Source: Trichoplax sp. H2
Lineage: Eukaryota
Direction: 5' to 3'
Length of the DNA stretch: 64,000 nucleotides
NCBI GenBank assembly: GCA_003344405.1
Contig: NOWV01000003.1
Coordinates: 558,001 to 622,000 of the forward strand
In this document: positions 55,501 through 64,000 of the stretch, in pieces
Position numbering within the stretch: position 1 is the stretch's first letter
How the letters are laid out: every line of letters starts with the position of its first letter
Program-made: the position numbers and the translations under genes
Notes under the pieces: model-generated
Told to the model about the DNA's origin: nothing
What the model saw: only the letters and a program-made list of their open reading frames with translations
Database searches by the model: none

Positions 55501-57766
55501 ATGTTTCCTCGTTACCGAGTAAATTAGTACGAAAACTAGGATTTGCATCTTTATTGGCTAAGAAAGGTTTGCATGATCTTAAATTCTCAGCTTTACCCTC
55601 TCTATCCACGCAGTGTCCATTCGAAATGGTTTGATCTTGTGATTTGTCTCGAGAAGCTTCCGCACTTAAATTCATCGAATTTGCTATTTCTCTTTTACCA
55701 CAAGTCATTCGATGACTTGCAGTATCTTTTAACATGATCAACTTTTCGCAGTAAGGACATTTGTCTGTACGAGCTCCACAAAATATAACATGGTTATCGA
55801 ATTGATTAGCCTTTACTTCTATTTCACAGTAGTCACAAATCCTTAGTCTTTCAGGGCACAATTGTTTCTATTACAACCCAAAATTGAGTAGTATTATCAA
55901 AACAACACCATGTATTTAAAGTAATACGAATGATGTACTGTACGGTATCCTACGATCGCAGTTTCTTATAGAAATCGTTGTAGCATAGTACTCGAACTTG
56001 CTACTTTCTGACTTCTGATTAACTATTATAGTACAGATACTTGTATTTTCATTCCTCTGCTAATCGAAGCTATAGTCATTAGACTGTAAGTGACGTCGAG
56101 ATTCTACTGTAATCGTAATTAAGAGATATGCATTACTACTGCATCGACTACCAACATATACCAGTATACCACTCCTAACATTATAATTATTAATAAAATT
56201 GTCAATAATTTATTCATTTTTGATTATGATAATTAATGGTTACAATTAGAGTACCACTCTAAAAATTAGATGTATAGTATACTGTAGCTGTATATGATTC
56301 TATGCAATATGTTGCTCTAACCTGGTGATCTTCCATTTCATATTTTTCCATAATTTGATCACATTTACTGCATTTTACCTAGATTCAAATTGGGATATTG
56401 AATGGATTATTACTTTCATTAAAAGTACCTGATAATAATGAAATGAATTACTCTGCTCTTATGATTATGAATCAATTCATACGGACTTACAGATTTACAC
56501 ATACAAACTTGGGAATTATATTATGGTTAGATTGATAACAGTAACGAGTGACAATCGTAACTGCGTATAGTGTATCGTAATTTTACGAGCAGTTCACTAT
56601 TTCAACCCTTTGTCTATCTCTTATAAATTATTTTAAGATAAACATGCTGTACTTAGTTAGTAATAACGGTTAAGCTAATTTCTTACTTTGATGTGATATT
56701 CTTCAAAGTGACTTTCTTCTTGAGTTTTTGCAATGGGTTCGTGACATAATTTACAGTTAATGATATTACGGACACAATGTAGGTGATGCATTTGAAAATT
56801 TCTCGCAGGGATATCCCGAGCGCTGCAATCATAAGAATTTTGCAATCAACGAATGCAGGTTAGTAGACATCGTACAAAAAATGATTTAGATTTTCCAATC
56901 AGAAATTTACGCATGCAAAACTATCCTAAGATGAACTTCACCGGTTCTTAAGACTAACATAATATAAGGAAATGGATGAAATAGAAATGAAAATATTGAT
57001 GATGAAGTACTGTTGACGCATAAATTGTTAATTTTCGGAAGCGATCTTGCAAAAGACAAATACGCATTACTACAGAATTCATTATAATAAGATGAAGAAT
57101 TATCGTAAGGCGGTAAGCAATAAACATTACTACTATACATAAGTTTAATCAAATTGCAAAAGCTGTTTTTGGTTAAGCAATTACTATGACTATTGAAATA
57201 TTAATATTAAAGTGCCTAGTCATAGCTAACCACGCGCATTCTTTTAATTCCTATAAAATGCGTTATCGTTTGGCAGTAGTGGTTTCATCAATTCTGAATC
57301 AAGGTACTGTACCGTGCTAGATCCAATGCGAACAGCGCGAGGTACAGTACCCTATCAGTATCACAACGAAAATCAACGGTATGGTCTTTGTAGACAACGT
57401 TATCTGATGGAGTCGAAATTTAATGTCATATTTGACTAATCAAATTGCAGTAGAAAAGAGATGAAGTTATCATTTAGGATTCAAACTTGAAGGAAATTGA
57501 ATACCTTACAAATAATATGATGTAAATGATTCTAATTAACTTATCCAGCGAAATCGAAAATAAACAACACTAGCATTAGGAAACGAAGTTTTTTAGAAGA
57601 AATTTTTCATGATATAACTCATGGATGAATACGTTTAGCAATCCATAATAATTTAATAATCATAGCGATCAGTTAATAAAATATCGTACGGTAACTCCAA
57701 CATCATAATCATTTAGCTGTATCCTTACCAATTAACGCAGTGCTCAGTCTCTTCCTTTACTTCCAT
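52545..57766 (-). CDS. TRAFD1: TRAF-type zinc finger protein TRAFD1/XAF1-like, 6 exons
   Basis: MEVKEETEHCVNCARDIPARNFQMHHLHCVRNIINCKLCHEP...H; CPERLRICDYCEIEV...HVIFCGARTDKCPYC; later IPCEFCRKLYP...HEE; long low-complexity linkers. Confidence 0.85.
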
Positions 57767-58014
57767 TTTGTCACTGTGGTTTGAAAGGTTGGGCTGCATC
57801 GAATCCACAGATCAAGGAACCCGAAAATTCGATTTAACTGTAATTGATTATATTCTTAACGGACACATGATTTAGTTGCAGTTACTATACCCTAATGCAG
57901 CCTCAAAGATTTCATCTCACCTGATATTCTTACTTAAAATTTCGCAACTGATTTTCATTTAGGTTCGACTAAAATCTACAGACTGGAAATTTTTATTGTT
58001 ATTTCGCAATAGTT

Positions 58015-58165
58015 AGTACTGAACTATGAATGATTGTTAGTAATTATTAATAAGTCGTACAGTAGTACTGTACTATGAATGATTGTTAGTAATAATTATT
58101 AATAAGTCGTACAGTACTATGAATGATTGTTAGGAATTATTTATTAATAAGTCGTACAGTAGTAC
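58015..58165. repeat. ~45-bp tandem repeat x3 upstream of TRAFD1
   Basis: Unit actatgaatgattgttagtaattattaataagtcgtacagt. Confidence 0.85.
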
Positions 58166-60006
58166 CAAAATTACAAATTTCTTAGTTGATACAATATACA
58201 GTATGCTAAAACTTCGCAGCTCTGCATCAACCGTGTAATAAATGATAACGCTTAAACTTTACAAAGTAGTAAACTACACGCTAATTAATTATAGTCAGCC
58301 TGGTCATACAGTACAGTAACGAATTAGTACTTGAGCCTGACAGATTCACGTTACATTTACGCCGTGGGTAAAATAAATTATATCTCGTATCCAATACCTC
58401 AAGTAATAATTTTTCACTTGTAGCCGTAAGTAATAAATTTCGACGTCCTGTGCATAACTCGAAGGACTAAAATATTTCATCGATAGAAAGCCAAAAAGTG
58501 CTGACGTTGTCATAAAGAGTGACAACACATGCAAACGGTGGACCAACAAGCGTACTGTACTGTACGGTACATTCACAGTTCTGTAACTGTACTGTACGTA
58601 CAGTACAGTACAGTTCTACAGTATAAATAAAATAAAATCGACAGTATGGTGCAGACGTGCGTCAAAGATTCTGTATCACAGTCACTTGTTATATAACACT
58701 AGTACAAACTCCCGTCGCTTTGCTGACGGTTTACGTCGGGGCATTTGATAATGTACTTATTTGTTAATTAATAGATAGTATTACCATTCGACATTATATA
58801 TATCCCGGTAATAGCCGGGCACTACTGAGTATATTCACAACTATGCTCTAAATTGCTTCTCCGATGGTATTCAAAAGTCAAGCACTTTATAAGGGTGGGG
58901 ATGACAGTAGCGTAATCATATAGTATAGTAATCCGTCAGCAACGCGACGGATGATTGTACTAGTAATAATTAATTGACACCGCGAACGAGTAGTTCATTG
59001 ATCGCTCCTTATACTTCGCGTACTTAAACTTTACTGTACATAGTACAATTTATCACTGACTCACAACTATCCCTGTCGTTTCTATACTTTGGANNNNNNN
59101 NNNNNNNNNNNNNTGTTAGTAATAATTATTAATAAGTCGTACAGTACCATGAATGATTGTTAGGAATTATTTATTAAGAAGTCGTACAGTAGTACCAAAA
59201 TTACAAATTTCTTAGTTGATACAATATACGTACAGTATGCTAAAACTTCGCAGCTCTGCATCAACCGTGTAATAAATGATAACGCTTAAACTTTACAAAG
59301 TAGTAAACTACACGCTAATTAATTATAGTCAGCCTGGTCATACAGTACAGTAACGAATTAGTACTTGAGCCTGACAGATTCACGTTACATTTACGCCGTG
59401 GGTAAAATAAATTATATCTCGTATCCAATACCTCAAGTAATAATTTTTCACTTGTAGCCGTAAGTAATAAATTTCGACGTCCTGTGCATAACTCGAAGGA
59501 CTAAAATATTTCATCGATAGAAAGCCAAAAAGTGCTGACGTTGTCATAAAGAGTGACAACACATGCAAACGGTGGACCAACAAGCGTACTGTACTGTACT
59601 GTACGGTACATTCACAGTTCTGTAACTGTACTGTACGTACAGTACAGTACTGTACAGTTCTATAAATAAAATAAAATCGACAGTATGGTGCAGACGTGCG
59701 TCAAAGATTCTGTATCACAGTCACTTGTTATATAACAGTGAGTATATTCACAACTATGCTTTAAATTGCTTCTCCGATGGTATTCAAAAGTCAAGCACTT
59801 TATAAGGGTGGGGATGACAGTAGCGTAATCATATAGTATAGTAATCCGTCAGCAACGCGACGGATGATTGTACTAGTAATAATTAATTGACACCGCGAAC
59901 GAGTAGTTCATTGATCGCTCCTTATACTTCGCGTACTTAAACTTTACTGTACATAGTACAATTTATCACTGACTCACAACTATCCCTGTCGTTTCTATAC
60001 TTTGGA
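58084..60006. repeat. Near-identical ~0.9-1 kb duplication (58084-59093 vs 59114-60006) either side of a 20-N gap (59094-59113)
   Basis: The copies differ by a few SNPs, pentamer-number indels and one ~127-bp indel. Probably an unmerged allelic contig overlap. Confidence 0.9.
58698..58964. mobile_element. Non-autonomous Helitron-like element with inverted hairpin+CTAGT ends
   Basis: Left end actagtacaaactcccgtcgctttgctgacgg. Right end ccgtcagcaacgcgacggatgattgtactagt (GC hairpin ~9 nt before CTAG-T). Confidence 0.6.
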
Positions 60007-60298
60007 GTTGACAGTATTCAAAAAATTAATTACTGTAATAGCTCAGTGGAGAAAAAAAGAAGCTGTCATTGGCACGATATGGTGTGCGGGTCTGGCTAGT
60101 AAAGTGGGCGGGAACAATATACAGTACTGTATATTCGGAGGATCTGGTAGCGCTTACTGTTTTCTCTTCAGTACTCACTCAATCTGATCTCAAGTTCGAA
60201 TGAAGTCATTTGAAAACGGTTTTCATTATTAATAAAATGTTAAATAACGCTACTTGAATTAATTAATAAGGGTCATTTAAATCAATATTTAAGAAACA

Positions 60299-60603
60299 CT
60301 TCCATACATAGGACATAAAGACACACTGGGCTTAAGATATTCTTCTAATATTTCTGAATTCTAACTGCTAGGTTGATTTTGTGTAGTATGGTATATAGTT
60401 GCGTTATGATGAGGTCCAAAGCAAGTGTCATCTAACTCAAAAATTAATAAACGCTTCCATACACACGCATAGGACATAACATAAGACATGCAGGTCTTAT
60501 AATGTTCCTTTAATATTCTGAATTCTAACTGCTAGGCTGATTTTATGTAGTGTGGTATATGGTTTCATTGTGATGATGCCCAGACCAGTAGTTACATCCT
60601 AAC
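60299..60603. repeat. Diverged tandem duplication (~135-150 bp units)
   Basis: Shared core ttctgaattctaactgctagg(t/c)tgatttt(g/a)tgtagt(a/g)tggtatat and cttccatac...taggacataa. Confidence 0.8.
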
Positions 60604-60604
60604 A

Positions 60605-60692
60605 AGAAACGTTTGCTCATTCACCTGATCCTCACTCAAACAAGAAAAAACTAGGAAAATTGTAGGAGTCAGATGAATGAGCAAACGTTTCT
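60605..60692. repeat. Inverted repeat/hairpin with a 19-bp perfect arm
   Basis: agaaacgtttgctcattca ... tgaatgagcaaacgtttct. Confidence 0.85.
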
Positions 60693-61768
60693 CATTGTCA
60701 TGTAACCATATTCTCCGTAGCAGATATTTACTGGTAGTAACACAAATTTATTAAAACGTGAGATATTATTATATCAAGTTATCTATTGCAAATTGCTTAT
60801 CTTGATCCTCAAAGGAAATCCAAAATGCTACAAATATACTCTGCTTTCATCTAGTTTTCAACAAATTTTAAACATTAAAATATACGTATGTCCGTAAGAA
60901 TCTTGCACATTCTTAATAATTAATTTTATAGTACAACCTGCGCTGGTATTACTGTTCTAGTAAGTACTGTACGCTGCCTTATATGGCATCCAATATCTAT
61001 TACGGATGCAGAGTTATTACTTATAGTCGTATTATGGAGATACAAATAACTATAAGAATCTGGTGTGTATCAAATTAATCAGGACGTGAATTAAAACAAT
61101 ATTGATTTTACTGCATCAAATAGGCTGTAATACCGTAATAATTAATACTTATTATTACTGCAGATGATATAATTATTCGTAAAAAGAAACATCACAGCAC
61201 TTAAGAACCACTAGGGAACTGACCAAGGATCCATAATACAAACACATACGGCAAGCACACAATGCAGAAAGTTTTTATCAAGTCCAATCTTATAACGAAT
61301 TGTAGCTGCTATTGGGTAACCCGATCATAAAAAAACTAGTAATACGGCAGCGTTACCATCTAGTAGTCATACATACGAGTAAATTTATACAGTACAGTAA
61401 GAAAATTAGATATGAATTTCACGATAGACATACGAGAGCTAAAACCCAAAATACAGAAGAAGAATTGGTATATCAGATTTGTAACATGTATTGATAACTA
61501 CCGGCACTTTCCGGATGATAATATTCCGTATATGAAATAATATACCATTCTATAATATCAGATTTGAAAGCTTCCGTATAAATCTTAACGTTAAGAGTCA
61601 TACTAATCAAGCTGTTTTGCTCATAAAGGCGAAAATGATTATAACCGTCCGACTTACATGTATCATACAGCACAACATTCTTTGAATAAAATTGCATTGT
61701 TCGCATCAACTTAAGTAACGCTATTAAAACTTTAATTATCGTGACGGTGTAAAATAACTAAAACGGTA

Positions 61769-64000
61769 CTAAAAATCTTTACCATAATGATAATACATAA
61801 AGGTGTAGTAAATGTGACCAACTGAAATTTCATAGTACCAGATCTCAAACTTACTATTGAAGTGCTTCTTGAAGAAGATAGGCCTATAACACAATGGCAA
61901 ATAAATCACTAATTGAAATAGCTTCACTAACATGTTTATAAAGCAAAAAGAAAGGAAAGTACCTGGTATTCGTTTCCTGTCACATTTACTTCCATAAATC
62001 CAATAGTGGGACAGCAAGTACTGGAATAATTTTGTTTGCATATAATACAGTAGATTGGTACGTAAACTTTATTATCGACTTCTGAATAATAACTATTTAG
62101 CCAATACATTCCTATAGTATAATATTTATTGCATAGAGATTTAAAATAGTTAATAATTATATTATGAAAGTCTATAAATTTACGGAGAAATGAGATTATA
62201 TCAACATTTATTCCATGAGCGATTCTATACGACCTGGCTCTGTATTCTGTGATAGTAGCTTGCCATTAGCAGCAATACATTCTTTTCCACATTTGTATAC
62301 ATTTGTGGATGAAATCCTAAGATCTTTATCAATCTTACGACCAATTGAGCAAAGAAACTCAAGGTGCATTTTTCTAACTACTTCGATAAAAACTAATTCA
62401 CACGAGCATTCCTGTATGTCTTCTACCATGAAATAGTATTTATTAAATGAACAGGTAACATTCAGAGTATCAGTATTTAGTCGAATGCCTAAAATTAGAG
62501 CAGAAAAGCTCAAAGCAGCTATAGAAGTGTAAAGTAACAATACATCATGTCTTACCTCCACTATCACTTTCTTTAAGTAATAAAGATCCACAAGTAATGC
62601 AACATTTATTAATTTTATGCTTCTCATTCATTAACGTCTGAGATGTCCTAGATACTGCAGAAGAAAATTACTTACAGGTCGATCATAAATTAACAATTAC
62701 CTTCCGATTGTACTAGCTATTAAATGATGTATGATGTGCTCAGTTAGGCTATTGAGATTAATACCCGGTCCAGCAGTCTCAAGAATTAATTCGTTTTCGG
62801 AATCAGAAAATTGCTCAATGTTAACATTTTCAGATTCCGGTGTCATAGTACCAGTGCTAGAACTATTACATGAAAACAGCGATGAAGATCCTGAAGCTTG
62901 ACTAGATATGTCATTGGCAGGTGCCAAACACAATTCTTTATTATTAATACTGATATTTGCGCCAACGTGGAAACTACTATCGATTACATTTATGACATTG
63001 TCATCGTCGTTTATAATCTTATCAGTCGTTATCATGGTCTGAGAGTGATACTTTTCGGAATTGGGGCTTGAAAGCAAGTGAATATCATCATCTTGTCTAG
63101 ATTTGCATGTGTTACTACATATAGTTTCTAGCGAATAATGAAGTAGAATAACCTTAAATCCTCAATCCGCGAACGTACGCGAGAAATAAACGCACGTGTT
63201 AGATCAAAATTAAGTTCATACCGGCGACCAGCTTCCTAGCAGAGACAAATCCTGTACATAAATTTAAATTTGGCTTGCTTACGGGAGAGCTTAAGTCTAC
63301 CATTAAGGGGCTTTTGGTGCACTCAGGAGAAGTTAGTATTGACATTTTCTTTTCAGGTGTAAGGTATTTCGAGACTGATTCTTGAGTACTGATAAAGTAA
63401 GCGTAACGCCAATAAGTTATATTTATGGCTTTACTAATATATATATAGACGAATAAAACCTTAACTACAACAAACTTAGATGATAAAGGAGTTTCGCAAC
63501 TATCAATCCTCCCAGAAACAAATGACGATAAAGTTGCTAAAGTATCCGAAGCAAGACTGAAATGTTGGACTCTCTGCCGCACCCACTTGGCTAATCCTAA
63601 AATGAAATGCAAAATTTATATCAAGAGTTACTTGAAGAAATGTATATTGCCATTAAGTGTTCGAGACAGATACTACTGTATACCAGCGGTATATTTTGTT
63701 GATTTTCCAAAGCGGTCATCCAACAATAACAATGCTCCCCAATCGTTCCTATCCACAAAAAGTTATGTAGAAAGATGAGAACTGGGTAACTAGCAAAAGG
63801 CTTGATAATAATCTTACCGATTTCTTATACAACGACCTAACGCCTAAAAAAGACGTAATAATGAGTTCAACAAGATAAAAACTAGCTCGAGCATGAGGAC
63901 TTCAAGCTTACCTGATTAAGAGCTCGATATGCTTGAATTTCATACCATTCCTTACCAGTTAATAAATTTCTTTGCGCACTGAACTTGTCATTATATTTTT
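61769..64000 (-). CDS. BRIP1: Fanconi anemia group J helicase BRIP1/FANCJ, 3' part (gene continues beyond the window end; stop position uncertain)
   Basis: Spliced exons 63978-63912, 63843-63818, ~63744-63684 and 63597- give [61 protein letters not shown], the FANCJ helicase motif VI region. Confidence 0.92.

Noticed and set aside
58015..58165. CRISPR-like periodic repeats
   Set aside because: Eukaryotic context, head-to-tail units with no unique spacers, no cas genes
58346..59583. Two identical short minus-strand ORFs
   Set aside because: They lie in the gap-flanking duplicate, have no recognisable homology and non-ATG starts

Overview
AT-rich, gene-dense eukaryotic (animal) genomic DNA with many short spliceosomal introns. 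The style (short introns, abundant ACAGT/ACTGT pentamer tracts, a basal-metazoan gene set) suggests a placozoan such as Trichoplax; this is an inference. I reconstructed eleven protein-coding genes by hand from splice sites and recalled homology: CLIP1/CLIP-170 (5'-partial), POLR2J/RPB11, EMG1/NEP1, ANAPC11, an uncharacterised polyproline-WH2 protein, MFSD13A/TMEM180, TRAPPC11, a secreted and probably GPI-anchored 18-LRR protein, GPR143/OA1, TRAFD1/XAF1-like and the 3' part of BRIP1/FANCJ. The most interesting candidate is the uncharacterised gene at 16467-19414. It has a NEMP1-like N-terminal helix followed by polyproline, WH2, an amphipathic helix and an acidic Trp tail, i.e. a VCA-like Arp2/3 activator layout without a recognisable WASP-family N-terminus. 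Other notable items: promoter-associated ACAGT tracts, a family of ~40-bp TIR elements with 7-8 bp target-site-like flanks, a double-ended Helitron-like element that differs between two copies flanking an assembly gap, a GC-AG intron, and a CxxC...CxxC domain at the FANCJ C-terminus. All homology calls come from recalled sequences, not database searches.
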